A stretch of 64,000 nucleotides of DNA from sequence record PQ871103.1; one strand, 5' to 3'. Position 1 is the first letter of the stretch, and each line of letters opens with the position of its first letter. The notes under the pieces are model-generated. The model ran no database searches. It was not told the DNA's origin and saw nothing but the letters and a program-made list of their open reading frames with translations. Positions 31,006-39,888 of this stretch are shown piece by piece. The stretch is from Escherichia phage vB_Eco_ZCEC15. The position numbers were made by a program, and so were the translations under genes.

Positions 31006-32030
31006 ATCTTGGAATATTTAGATAACCGCATTTTAGCCATCAACCCCTGGGCAATATTATTTTTCATATATTCCATAATTTGTTTAGGGGTTGCACCTTC
31101 CTTTCTAATCATATCATTAACATCTTTTGATTTCCAGGGAGATTTGTCCCAAAACATAACCCTTTCTCCTGCATCAACTAATTTAGTCATTCGTTTAATA
31201 GTGTCAGGATGACGAGGTTCATTATCTAAAACCCATACACGTCTATCTTTAAATGGAACAATTTCTAGGTCTAATTGACCACCCGTAATAGCTATACCAT
31301 TTTCAATAAAAAGTGAATCTATAGGTCCTTCTAGAACATATACATCACCATCTTTGACTCGTTCGACTCCATAGATTTTTGTTGCCTCAGGATAAGCTTT
31401 GATGGTGATATATTTTTGAGGAGCATCTTTCTTTAATGCACGTCCTTGAAAAGACTCGGCTTTTCCGTTAGCATTATAAATTGGAATAACAAGACGAGGC
31501 TCAGGTATTTCCTTTTTATATGTTCCTGGCGCTATGCTATTAACTAATTTAGGCCATTCGGTTGTAAACCAAAGATATTTCCATTTATCCTTTGGAATAC
31601 AACGAGCTTTTACATATTTTATAATTGGATGGTCTTCCGCCAGTTTATCTAATCTAATGCATGACGGAAGAGATTTAATTATTTTCTTCTCAGGTTGTTT
31701 AGGAAGTTCTTTAGGTTTTTCTACTGGACGACTTTTACCTTTTTCTTTTCTTATTTCAAAGATATACTCACGATATAAATCAGGTTCAAACTCCTTTAAA
31801 TATATTCCGATTGGTGCATGATAGTTGCAGTTATAACAATGAATATTTCCTTCATTATTATCACCATAATACCATCCACGGGCTTTATTTTGGTCGGTTT
31901 TTGAATCTCCACAAACAGGGCATCTAAACCGTAATTTAAAAGTTGAACTATTATTTACTTGTGTGAATTTAGGTAAATGAGCTAATGCACGGTATGCAAA
32001 CTCATTATCAATCCAAGGTATTGATGACAT
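31002..32030 (-). CDS. 61: DNA primase gp61
   Basis: 342 aa MSSIPWIDNEFAYRALAHLPKFTQV.. with zinc-binding CPVCGDS..CYNC; matches remembered T4 gp61. Confidence 0.9.
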   Translation of the reverse strand: MSSIPWIDNEFAYRALAHLPKFTQVNNSSTFKLRFRCPVCGDSKTDQNKARGWYYGDNNEGNIHCYNCNYHAPIGIYLKEFEPDLYREYIFEIRKEKGKSRPVEKPKELPKQPEKKIIKSLPSCIRLDKLAEDHPIIKYVKARCIPKDKWKYLWFTTEWPKLVNSIAPGTYKKEIPEPRLVIPIYNANGKAESFQGRALKKDAPQKYITIKAYPEATKIYGVERVKDGDVYVLEGPIDSLFIENGIAITGGQLDLEIVPFKDRRVWVLDNEPRHPDTIKRMTKLVDAGERVMFWDKSPWKSKDVNDMIRKEGATPKQIMEYMKNNIAQGLMAKMRLSKYSKI

Positions 32031-32032
32031 TT

Positions 32033-32197
32033 TTACTCTTCTTTTTCTTTAGATTCCTCTTTTTTCTTTTTAGGAATCTGTTCAGGACCTTTATTTACTA
32101 CAGCGCCTGATGTTGTTCCAGTGGAGATATTTTCAGGATTACCACCTGAATCTCCAGCTACCATATCTTCTTTAATAAATTCTTTATATGTTTTCAT
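32033..32197 (-). CDS. hypothetical protein 61.1 (54 aa)
   Basis: own translation MKTYKEFIKEDMVAGDSGGNPENIST..; AGAGGTTAAT SD; size matches T4 61.1. Confidence 0.5.
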   Translation of the reverse strand: MKTYKEFIKEDMVAGDSGGNPENISTGTTSGAVVNKGPEQIPKKKKEESKEKEE

Positions 32198-32198
32198 A

Positions 32199-32555
32199 TT
32201 AACCTCTATTCATAAAAGCATTAAAAATTTGGTCATCAATCGATGGAACAGCAACCTTTTCGGCATCATTTAGCAAATCATTAATTTCATCAGATAGCAT
32301 AACGCATGTACCTTTATTTCCTGTAATTGTTACTGCACAATTACGAACGTTTTCTTTATCAAATTTTAGGTTAATATTTTCGTAGTGAAAATCCTTTAAT
32401 GCCGAATATATTTTTAAAATGAAATTGTCTTTTACTGCAATAAACCCAACTTCACTATTAAAACGTGGTTCATGGAAACTGTAATAAACCTTTTCATCTA
32501 TAAAATCGTATGAAATTTTTTCCATTTTTAAATATGAAAATTCAGAACTGTACAT
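32199..32555 (-). CDS. hypothetical protein 118 aa (61.2 position)
   Basis: ORF with AGAGGTTAGT SD. Confidence 0.5.
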   Translation of the reverse strand: MYSSEFSYLKMEKISYDFIDEKVYYSFHEPRFNSEVGFIAVKDNFILKIYSALKDFHYENINLKFDKENVRNCAVTITGNKGTCVMLSDEINDLLNDAEKVAVPSIDDQIFNAFMNRG

Positions 32556-32567
32556 ACTAACCTCTAA

Positions 32568-32861
32568 TTACTCACCTACCACTTCAGCGATGATATTTTT
32601 ATTATTAAAGTTTTTATCGCAATACAGAACATAATTATACTGCATTACACCGCCAGACTTAAGCTGTTTTTGCACTTCAGCTTTCATTTCAGGACGATCA
32701 CGCTCAACGATATTCATAATATCTGCTTCAATTTGAGTTTCAACCTCAGTCTGATCTGCAGTCATAGACCATTCACACAAATCTTTGTCATAACCCGCCA
32801 TAGCAGGCTGAGCAGCACAAGAAGATAAAGCAAAAATTGCAGCAAAGATAAATTTTTTCAT
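32568..32861 (-). CDS. sp: spackle-like periplasmic protein (superinfection exclusion)
   Basis: 97 aa with signal peptide MKKFIFAAIFALSSCAAQPAMA; size and position match T4 sp (61.3). Confidence 0.6.
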   Translation of the reverse strand: MKKFIFAAIFALSSCAAQPAMAGYDKDLCEWSMTADQTEVETQIEADIMNIVERDRPEMKAEVQKQLKSGGVMQYNYVLYCDKNFNNKNIIAEVVGE

Positions 32862-32887
32862 GATAATCTCCTCAGTAGTTTATGTTT

Positions 32888-32917
32888 ATAGTATCTCAAT
32901 TTCCAATAAAAGTAAAC
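32888..32917 (-). promoter_or_regulatory. early promoter
   Basis: minus strand GTTTAC TTTTATTGGAAATTGAGA TACTAT. Confidence 0.55.
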
Positions 32918-32919
32918 AA

Positions 32920-33216
32920 TTATTTTAAAACTTCTGCATAATCACATGTTACAAACTGTTTCTCTAACTTGACGATTTTACGAAAGTATCTTTTGCATTG
33001 GCGAATCTGCCGCTTTGTAGGGCGCACAGCAAACTTAATAAATTCCACTCGACCAAATGGAGGACTTTCTTCTGCTGGAATATCTAACACCAATTCCCAC
33101 GTATCTGCAATAAGTGCTTTGAATTGAGTATTTTTCCTGACATTATACGGAGTAGGTTTAAATAAAACGATATGCATATTATCCTCGGCAATCCACTTCA
33201 CATACTTTCTTGTCAT
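32920..33216 (-). CDS. hypothetical protein 98 aa (61.4 position)
   Basis: ATG at 33216 (ORF-track TTG at 33219). Confidence 0.5.
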   Translation of the reverse strand: MTRKYVKWIAEDNMHIVLFKPTPYNVRKNTQFKALIADTWELVLDIPAEESPPFGRVEFIKFAVRPTKRQIRQCKRYFRKIVKLEKQFVTCDYAEVLK

Positions 33217-33361
33217 CAATGAAAGCTTTAACTAATGCTTTATTAACTTCAGCGTATTGATTAGTAGCCCATTGAACGTCATCTTTCATCATTGTGATTT
33301 CTTTAGTAAACATGCTTTCGTTCTTAAACCACCCCATAAAAACTACCTTTACCAATTCCAT
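33179..33361 (-). CDS. dmd: Dmd-like protein (antitoxin against RnlA/LsoA), 60 aa
   Basis: 60-aa ORF immediately downstream of gene 41 as in T4 (61.5); assignment by size and position. Confidence 0.5.
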   Translation of the reverse strand: MELVKVVFMGWFKNESMFTKEITMMKDDVQWATNQYAEVNKALVKAFIDDKKVCEVDCRG

Positions 33362-33390
33362 AACAATCTCCTCATTTAACCAACAAGACT

Positions 33391-33420
33391 ACTATACCAT
33401 AGTCTTGTTGGCTTGTAAAC
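33391..33420 (-). promoter_or_regulatory. early promoter flanked by inverted repeat
   Basis: minus strand GTTTAC AAGCCAACAAGACTATGG TATAGT; 11-bp arms CAACAAGACTA / TAGTCTTGTTG bracket the -10. Confidence 0.6.
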
Positions 33421-34847
33421 TAAAATTTTAATTCATTCGCTAAAGCATCTAACTGAGCTCGAGCGGATTCGTTTCTTTGATAGCGATTCTGTTCAGCCTG
33501 AATCTGCTGTGAACCTGCTACTTCGTTCACTTCAGTTGGAGTAGAATCTTGTTCAATTTCTACCCATTTCTGATTTCCTTTTTGAACACCCATCAAAAAC
33601 TTATTCCATTTATTCTTATCACCGTATCGTGATTTGATTTGCTTAATGAGTTGTTGTTCAGCAGCTGCTAGCTCCTCGGTTTCAATGACCGCAAGCATAA
33701 AATCGGCTGTTGCTGGAAGGCCGGCAGATTCTGCAATATCGCTCATGTTAACATCAGAAGAGTCCCAAGCTTGTTTACCAACCTGTGCTGCGGTCCAAAG
33801 AACAGTTTCGGTTTCAACAGCCAGAGCACGCAATTCCTCTGCGATAGCTTTAACAGTTGTGTAACTATTTTCTGAATAAACTCTAATGCGACAAGATTTA
33901 CAAATACCCAGATAGTCAACAATAATGATTGTTGGAACAAAATTCTTCTTGAGCTTCAATTCATTCAAGAGAGACCTGAATGTATTAGCGTCTGCTCCAC
34001 CAGTAGGATACTGTTTAACGATTAAACGGCCGAGAGTAGATTTCTCACGCCATTTTTCCATTTTTCCTTTATACTCAGCGTAAGAAATATGCCCATCATC
34101 AATGTCATCAAGAGAAACATCAAGCATATTAGCGTCAATACGCTTAGCACAGACTTCTTCTGCCATTTCCATGGAAATGTAAAGAACATTATGTCCGAGC
34201 TGCAAATAATCTGCTGCCAATGAACACAGACCTAATGACTTACCGACGTTAACACCAGCCATTAAAACGTTCAGTGTTCCAGTTTCAGCTCCGCCTTTAG
34301 TAATTTTATTTAGAATTTTGAGTCTAAATGGAACCTTACGAGCTTTATTCATATAAGATAGCCAACGTGCTTCGTAGTCATCCATCCAATCATGACCAAC
34401 GTAACTATCAAATGAAATTGATAATGCTTGGCGCATGATGTCAGGAATAGCACCAACATCTGGCATTTTCTTATTTCGTTTTTCCGGAGGAAGCTCAGCA
34501 TTAGTTTGAATTTCAATTATTTTAGACGTAGCATTAAACATCGCCCTTTGCTGAACATATTTTTCTGTTTCTTTTACTAACCAGCTGTGGTCTTCTGGCG
34601 AATCGGCCAGTTTTGAAATAAGTGTTTTTACACCAGAATATTCTGTTTCAGTAAATGAACTATTTTCTAATGCAACATTTAACGCATTAATAGATGGAAC
34701 GCTATGGTATTCATTAACATGAGATTTAATTAATTTGAATGTATTTTTAGCTGGACCACTTTCAAAATATTCTGAATCCATATATGGCCAAACTTTTGAA
34801 AAATAAGCTTGATCAAATATGAGATGAGAAAGAATAATTTCTACCAC
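33420..34847 (-). CDS. 41: replicative DNA helicase gp41 (DnaB-like)
   Basis: 475 aa MVEIILSHLIFDQAYFSKVWPYMDSEYF.. with Walker A GVNVGKS; GTG start preceded by AAGGAG. Confidence 0.9.
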   Translation of the reverse strand: MVEIILSHLIFDQAYFSKVWPYMDSEYFESGPAKNTFKLIKSHVNEYHSVPSINALNVALENSSFTETEYSGVKTLISKLADSPEDHSWLVKETEKYVQQRAMFNATSKIIEIQTNAELPPEKRNKKMPDVGAIPDIMRQALSISFDSYVGHDWMDDYEARWLSYMNKARKVPFRLKILNKITKGGAETGTLNVLMAGVNVGKSLGLCSLAADYLQLGHNVLYISMEMAEEVCAKRIDANMLDVSLDDIDDGHISYAEYKGKMEKWREKSTLGRLIVKQYPTGGADANTFRSLLNELKLKKNFVPTIIIVDYLGICKSCRIRVYSENSYTTVKAIAEELRALAVETETVLWTAAQVGKQAWDSSDVNMSDIAESAGLPATADFMLAVIETEELAAAEQQLIKQIKSRYGDKNKWNKFLMGVQKGNQKWVEIEQDSTPTEVNEVAGSQQIQAEQNRYQRNESARAQLDALANELKF

Positions 34848-34856
34848 ACTTACTCC

Positions 34857-35219
34857 TTAAAAGAATTTAAATTTTTTCTTTGACCTTTTATTAAATGCAT
34901 CTTGTAGTTGCATTGTAATACATTTTTCTACATGAGGAGCTAACTCAGCTTTTCTTTCTTGGTCAAGAACAGCAAAGTCCATTACGACTTTTCCATCAAC
35001 CCAATCTAATTTTGTCACATACACAATGTGTGTAGAACCATCTTCTAGTTTAATGACAATCTCCTGGATAACATTTTCCATGGCAGATTTAATTATCTTA
35101 AGAGATTCATTAAAAAGACGTTCTTTTCTTTCTTCTTCCCCCTCCGAAGAGGGGGATTCATCGATAATTTCTAGATCTAAATCTAAATCATCTTTATTCA
35201 TTAAATTCTTCCATATCAC
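34857..35219 (-). CDS. 40: gp40 head assembly protein (probable)
   Basis: 120 aa ORF between 41 and uvsX as in T4; start is GTG at 35219 or ATG at 35201, not resolved. Confidence 0.6.
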   Translation of the reverse strand: MIWKNLMNKDDLDLDLEIIDESPSSEGEEERKERLFNESLKIIKSAMENVIQEIVIKLEDGSTHIVYVTKLDWVDGKVVMDFAVLDQERKAELAPHVEKCITMQLQDAFNKRSKKKFKFF

Positions 35220-36375
35220 TTAACTGATCTAGGTCAGTTTCTAAATCAGCTGCTGATTTACTTTTACTTTCTGGAGATTTAAATTTTTCAACCTTTGAGT
35301 TAATCAACTCATCAACTTCAGCTTCAACAATTTCATTACTATCAATAGCACCTAACTGATAAGCACGTTTAATAGCATCTCGGAATGGCTGATGCTTAAA
35401 TAAAGGACCCCAGAATGTAGTGCAGTTGGTATCTTTTGCACGCCAAGATTTTTCTTCTCGAATCATCTCGCCAGTTTCTTCGTCAAGAAATTCACGAGCA
35501 TACCAACCATTTTTAGGTTTTACCACAAATCCTAATTCAAGAGCCATATCTAACAATCCAGAATAAGGATCGATACCACCGTCAAATTTAACATCAATAA
35601 AGAATTTACTTTTTTCTTTAACGGTACGAGATTTTTCTACATTTAGAACAAATTGATACCCCTGAAGATCAGAACCATCTTTAATCTGGCGCTTACCGAT
35701 AATGAATACAGTATCAGCCGAATACATTACGCCTGTACCACCTGTCATCACGGTTTTACTGAACATTTCAATTGTTTCAATTGTATGGTTAACCGCAACG
35801 CATGGAATGTTTTTAATACTAAAATAAGGAGTAACAATACGGAATAATGACTTCAGTGATTTAGCACGAGTCATATCTGCCACAGATTTTTCATTCAAGG
35901 CATCTTCCGTTTCTTTCTTAGAAGCCATATTACCGATTGAGTCGATGAATACAATAACTTTTTCACCACGCTCAATAGCTTCAAGCTGATTCACCATATC
36001 AATTTTCAGCTGTTCAACTGACTGAATTGGTGTATGAATTACTCGTTCCGGGTCAACTCCCATGGATCGCAAATAAGCTGGAGTAATGCCAAATTCGCTA
36101 TCATAAAATAGACATACCGCGTCAGGATATTTGTTCAAATACGCCGCAACCATAGTCAAAGACATATTTGATTTAAAGTGTTTAGAAGGACCTGCAAAAA
36201 TGGTTAAACCAGACTGCATACCACCATCAATCGCACCAGAAATAGCAATATTAAGCATTGGGATTTTTGTACGGATTACATCCTTTTCATTAAAGAATTT
36301 AGATGTAGTCAGTTCAGCAGTCATTTTAGAAGTGGAAGCTTTAATCAAACGGGATTTTAAATCTGCAATAGACAT
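35194..36375 (-). CDS. uvsX: recombinase UvsX (RecA-like)
   Basis: 393 aa MSIADLKSRLIKASTSKMTAELTTSKFFNEKDVIRTKIPMLNIAISGAIDGG.. matches remembered T4 UvsX. Confidence 0.9.
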   Translation of the reverse strand: MSIADLKSRLIKASTSKMTAELTTSKFFNEKDVIRTKIPMLNIAISGAIDGGMQSGLTIFAGPSKHFKSNMSLTMVAAYLNKYPDAVCLFYDSEFGITPAYLRSMGVDPERVIHTPIQSVEQLKIDMVNQLEAIERGEKVIVFIDSIGNMASKKETEDALNEKSVADMTRAKSLKSLFRIVTPYFSIKNIPCVAVNHTIETIEMFSKTVMTGGTGVMYSADTVFIIGKRQIKDGSDLQGYQFVLNVEKSRTVKEKSKFFIDVKFDGGIDPYSGLLDMALELGFVVKPKNGWYAREFLDEETGEMIREEKSWRAKDTNCTTFWGPLFKHQPFRDAIKRAYQLGAIDSNEIVEAEVDELINSKVEKFKSPESKSKSAADLETDLDQLSDMEEFNE

Positions 36376-36452
36376 TCATTTTTTCCATAGGCATCATTAT
36401 ATTTTCCTCACTGGTTAAAGATAAAGTAATTATAACACAATAAATTTAGGCA

Positions 36453-37295
36453 TTAATCAACTGCTATTGGATGAATAGCATTAAACTTATGAAATGCTTC
36501 TGATTTTTCTTTGCGCGAAACACACATGCGAAGAACCTTTAATGGCTCGTCTTCTTCACCCAACGATTTTCTCTTTTCAATATTCGATGTTTTCCAACGA
36601 GCTTGCTCTGGAAACTCTCTATTGATTTGCTCAAGAGCTCTATTATGTTTTGAATTACTACGAATTGAACTGCACCCGCCCGGAGCCTGTGCTTTTCCAG
36701 ATACAACCAGATATTTGAACAGGGCCAAATGCGGATAACCTTGATTAATTAAATTGAGAAATGCATACATATCTTCGCATAAATCAATTTTTCCATACCC
36801 AATTTGTTCTGTTGTAAGTTTTCCGAGGTCATACCATGTATTCGTGAATCCATATGAATTTTCACGATAATTACCCCAAGATGAAGTAATTTTAAAAATT
36901 GGTAAACGAGCATGACCATGATAATACCCGCAATCCATGGCATCTTCAACGTATTGAATCAATTCATAGAACTGTTCACGAGTTAACTGATTAATTTTAT
37001 CTACGCAGCGACGATCATCTTTCTTTCGCATTGAACTCATACGAATAGTAGTATCATCATCAATCATCCAAATTCGTTGACCTGCATACATATCAGTAAT
37101 TGCTTTACGAGTACCGGCAATTCCGTTTACATCATCAGGAATAGTTATAATTTTAGCTCTAGACCCATAGGCATCATAATAAGCTTTTTCTTCATGTTCA
37201 CGCACTACAATATGGGGTTCATAATCAGTCGGAAACATATCAAGGGCAGAAACTGCCCCGACACGCTGATAACTTGGAATTACGAATTGAATCAT
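36453..37295 (-). CDS. GT-A fold glycosyltransferase, probable beta-glucosyl-HMC-alpha-glucosyltransferase (T2/T6-type)
   Basis: 280 aa with IPSYQR N-terminus and DxD-type MIDDDTT motif; occupies the T4 beta-gt locus but is unrelated to T4 beta-gt. Confidence 0.5.
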   Translation of the reverse strand: MIQFVIPSYQRVGAVSALDMFPTDYEPHIVVREHEEKAYYDAYGSRAKIITIPDDVNGIAGTRKAITDMYAGQRIWMIDDDTTIRMSSMRKKDDRRCVDKINQLTREQFYELIQYVEDAMDCGYYHGHARLPIFKITSSWGNYRENSYGFTNTWYDLGKLTTEQIGYGKIDLCEDMYAFLNLINQGYPHLALFKYLVVSGKAQAPGGCSSIRSNSKHNRALEQINREFPEQARWKTSNIEKRKSLGEEDEPLKVLRMCVSRKEKSEAFHKFNAIHPIAVD

Positions 37296-37933
37296 TTAAG
37301 TGCCTTACATTTGTCAAAATGGTATCTTGTCATATTTGGCCCACGTCCTTTTAGTCCGCAATGCGGACATATTTTTTCTATCAAATTATGAGGTTTTCCT
37401 TTACGATTTTTAGACATCGTTTCTTTAATTATTTTAGCTTTTTCTGCGCCAAAAATTTCTTCATAAGTTTTACCAGAATTTTCCTTTGCTCGATTTATAA
37501 TTCCATATGCCTGCTCATTTTTACCATACATTGGATTACCTTCGCCTTTCATTCTTTTAGAATGATCAGGACGCTTGATTCCACGAAAGGCATTTCCGCA
37601 CTTATATCTTTCTTCTGGAGATAGTTTTTTACCGTACATTCCATTTAATTTGCCTGGAAAACTTCCTCCCCATGCTTCATTCTTTAAATTATATGAATCC
37701 GGACAATTAGCAGCATCTAAACAAGTTAAAATAATTTCTTCAACCTGTCTAAACATTGGTCCTTCATATAATATTTCTTTATTAAAGGATTTTATTCCAT
37801 ATTTCTTTTTAGCATGTTGCCAAACTACACCCGAACCATCATAATTTGGGTTGTGACCATCATGACTTCCTATATACCACTTTTTAGTTTTAGGATGTTT
37901 ATACTTATAAACATGTGGCACATTTACTTCCAT
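37292..37933 (-). CDS. GIY-YIG homing endonuclease (Seg-like) with C-terminal zinc module
   Basis: 213 aa; VYKYKHPKTKKWYIGS GIY-YIG motif; NUMOD-like GNPMYGK repeats; C-terminal CPHCGLKGRGPNMTRYHFDKC; overlaps gene 42 stop and the glucosyltransferase start. Confidence 0.7.
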   Translation of the reverse strand: MEVNVPHVYKYKHPKTKKWYIGSHDGHNPNYDGSGVVWQHAKKKYGIKSFNKEILYEGPMFRQVEEIILTCLDAANCPDSYNLKNEAWGGSFPGKLNGMYGKKLSPEERYKCGNAFRGIKRPDHSKRMKGEGNPMYGKNEQAYGIINRAKENSGKTYEEIFGAEKAKIIKETMSKNRKGKPHNLIEKICPHCGLKGRGPNMTRYHFDKCKALK

Positions 37934-38664
37934 TTTCCAGTATAATCCTTTTTAGCAATATGAGTTTCACCAGTGTTCCACCAATGGTCAACTAAATAAA
38001 ACTGATTTTCGTACACATGAAGACTTCCAACGTTCCATATAATAGAACCTGCTTTATATTGCCGCGATGGGTCGCCTGCATTCAAATCAGATACTAATTT
38101 ATCTAGTACGTATTTTTGCCATGCATAATCATTACGATAGCCTGCCCAGCAGTCATTGCTTCTCATATTAACAACTGCATTGACTTTCTTGTCACGAATC
38201 AGATACTGTACGGTATTCGTACACATGAAATCTGACATACCATCTTTATTGTAGTCAAACTGCATAGATGGACGAGTATAAATCATGATACCACGTCGAG
38301 AATCAGGATTTTGACCAAGTTCAGCTAAACACATATCATACTGGGCATAGTTATCTTCTGACCAGATGGCCCAACCATAATTCGAGTTAATTTCGCCTTT
38401 AGAAGATGCTACCTGCTGCCAAATCTTCGGTGTTTCACCCGGAATATCTTTAACAAACAAACTTTTAGATTTATACCATTCAAGTTCACGTTGAATGTAT
38501 TCATCATTAAGAGCGCCAAAAATAAACGGTTCATCTGCTACAAATGATGCGCCAATAATTTCAATAGTTTTAACGCCAGTTTTATCAACTACGAAATCTT
38601 TTTCCTTTAATGCAAGCCCCAAATGAAGACGGATTTCTTCAACTGTCATAGAGTCACTAATCAT
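37924..38664 (-). CDS. 42: dCMP hydroxymethylase gp42
   Basis: 246 aa MISDSMTVEEIRLHLGLALKEKDFVVDKTG.. matches remembered T4 gp42. Confidence 0.9.
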   Translation of the reverse strand: MISDSMTVEEIRLHLGLALKEKDFVVDKTGVKTIEIIGASFVADEPFIFGALNDEYIQRELEWYKSKSLFVKDIPGETPKIWQQVASSKGEINSNYGWAIWSEDNYAQYDMCLAELGQNPDSRRGIMIYTRPSMQFDYNKDGMSDFMCTNTVQYLIRDKKVNAVVNMRSNDCWAGYRNDYAWQKYVLDKLVSDLNAGDPSRQYKAGSIIWNVGSLHVYENQFYLVDHWWNTGETHIAKKDYTGKWK

Positions 38665-38817
38665 TTAAACCTCAATTGATACATTCATATTTAACTTGTA
38701 ACAGTAATAAACCCCAACCTATAATAAGTGTCGGAATCATACAAGGAACCGTTACGCTATAGTATATACTTATTATAATCATCAAGATTAAAAGCAATAC
38801 TGCTAAAATTTTGCTTT

Positions 38818-39069
38818 TCATTCCTTCTCTCTGATGATAATTACTTGATTTGGTTGTGCGGATTTTTTAGTTTCACCCGCAATTGACCAAATAAATGTAA
38901 TAAACCAACCAATAATTGACCAATTAAACAGTAAAGATGTGAAAAAGATTCCTACTGTCGATTTTGACCCGCGCATCAAGGCGATGAACCATGGAAGCAT
39001 GTATATAATAATAGCCAACACGCCTGAAACTAAAACCATAAAAATTGAACCTGCTACTAAAGTTTCCAT
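38818..39069 (-). CDS. imm: superinfection immunity protein Imm
   Basis: 83 aa membrane protein METLVAGSIFMVLVSGVLAIIIYMLPWF..; size and position match T4 Imm. Confidence 0.8.
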   Translation of the reverse strand: METLVAGSIFMVLVSGVLAIIIYMLPWFIALMRGSKSTVGIFFTSLLFNWSIIGWFITFIWSIAGETKKSAQPNQVIIIREKE

Positions 39070-39076
39070 ATTTTCC

Positions 39077-39457
39077 TCACTTAGTCAAATTTTTTACACA
39101 TGAATTATAAGAATTCACTACATACTCCATCGGAGCATTTTTACCTGTACGCCACTGGTAATTATTAGCCCAATTTGCCCAAAGTTCAGCGCAGTAGTTT
39201 TCAATTTTTTCTTCGCGTGTAATTACATCTGAATTACGATATGCTTGAGCAGATTCATCTGGACGAATAGCTTCGTCAAAATTCGCCTGCATTTGTTCTA
39301 CTGTTTGCTTTGGAGCTTCTTTATAACACTTGACATTAGGATTATAAAATTTGCTTGAACAGTTTACAATTTTTCCTGCATCAGACTGATTTACTACCGG
39401 TCCTTGAGCTACACAACCAGTAAGACCTAATGCAATAACCAAAATAGCGATTTTCAT
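39077..39457 (-). CDS. predicted lipoprotein 126 aa
   Basis: signal peptide with lipobox LTGC (MKIAILVIALGLTGCVAQ). Confidence 0.55.
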   Translation of the reverse strand: MKIAILVIALGLTGCVAQGPVVNQSDAGKIVNCSSKFYNPNVKCYKEAPKQTVEQMQANFDEAIRPDESAQAYRNSDVITREEKIENYCAELWANWANNYQWRTGKNAPMEYVVNSYNSCVKNLTK

Positions 39458-39467
39458 AATAATTTCC

Positions 39468-39716
39468 TCAAATGCAAGTAGTAATTACTCCAGTAGTGCT
39501 TATGCAGGTATTACCCATTTGCACACCTAAAGATCCATTTGTATTCACATGAAGATTATCATCAATTTTAACTGATATTTTACCATTAGTGTGAATAACG
39601 GTGCTAGATTCAATCACAGGTTGAGTATCATTTTCAACACTAACAAATGGAACTGCTGCTAATGCAACTAAACAAACTGCTAAGCATCCCATAACAATTT
39701 TCATTTCATTCTCCAA
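39468..39716 (-). CDS. secreted/membrane small protein 82 aa
   Basis: N-terminal signal-like MKIVMGCLAVCLVALAAVPF. Confidence 0.5.
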   Translation of the reverse strand: MENEMKIVMGCLAVCLVALAAVPFVSVENDTQPVIESSTVIHTNGKISVKIDDNLHVNTNGSLGVQMGNTCISTTGVITTCI

Positions 39717-39741
39717 ATCCGTATCAGTAGTTGATAGTTGT

Positions 39742-39771
39742 ATAGTACCATAGAAGAACAGGGATGTAAAC
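39742..39771 (-). promoter_or_regulatory. early promoter
   Basis: minus strand GTTTAC ATCCCTGTTCTTCTATGG TACTAT with UP element. Confidence 0.6.
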
Positions 39772-39858
39772 AGTTTTGTGAAAAAATTTTTAGGGAATCC
39801 AAAGGGTCCAGAATCATCTCTTTTTCATAAGTATAGATTTATATTACTTGTATGAAAA

Positions 39859-39878
39859 AGGGACCTGGAGGTCCCTAG
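39859..39878 (-). terminator. hairpin downstream of gene 43, possible terminator
   Basis: AGGGACC TGGA GGTCCCT followed on the minus transcript by UUUUCAUAC. Confidence 0.45.
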
Positions 39879-39888
39879 ATTTATTCTA

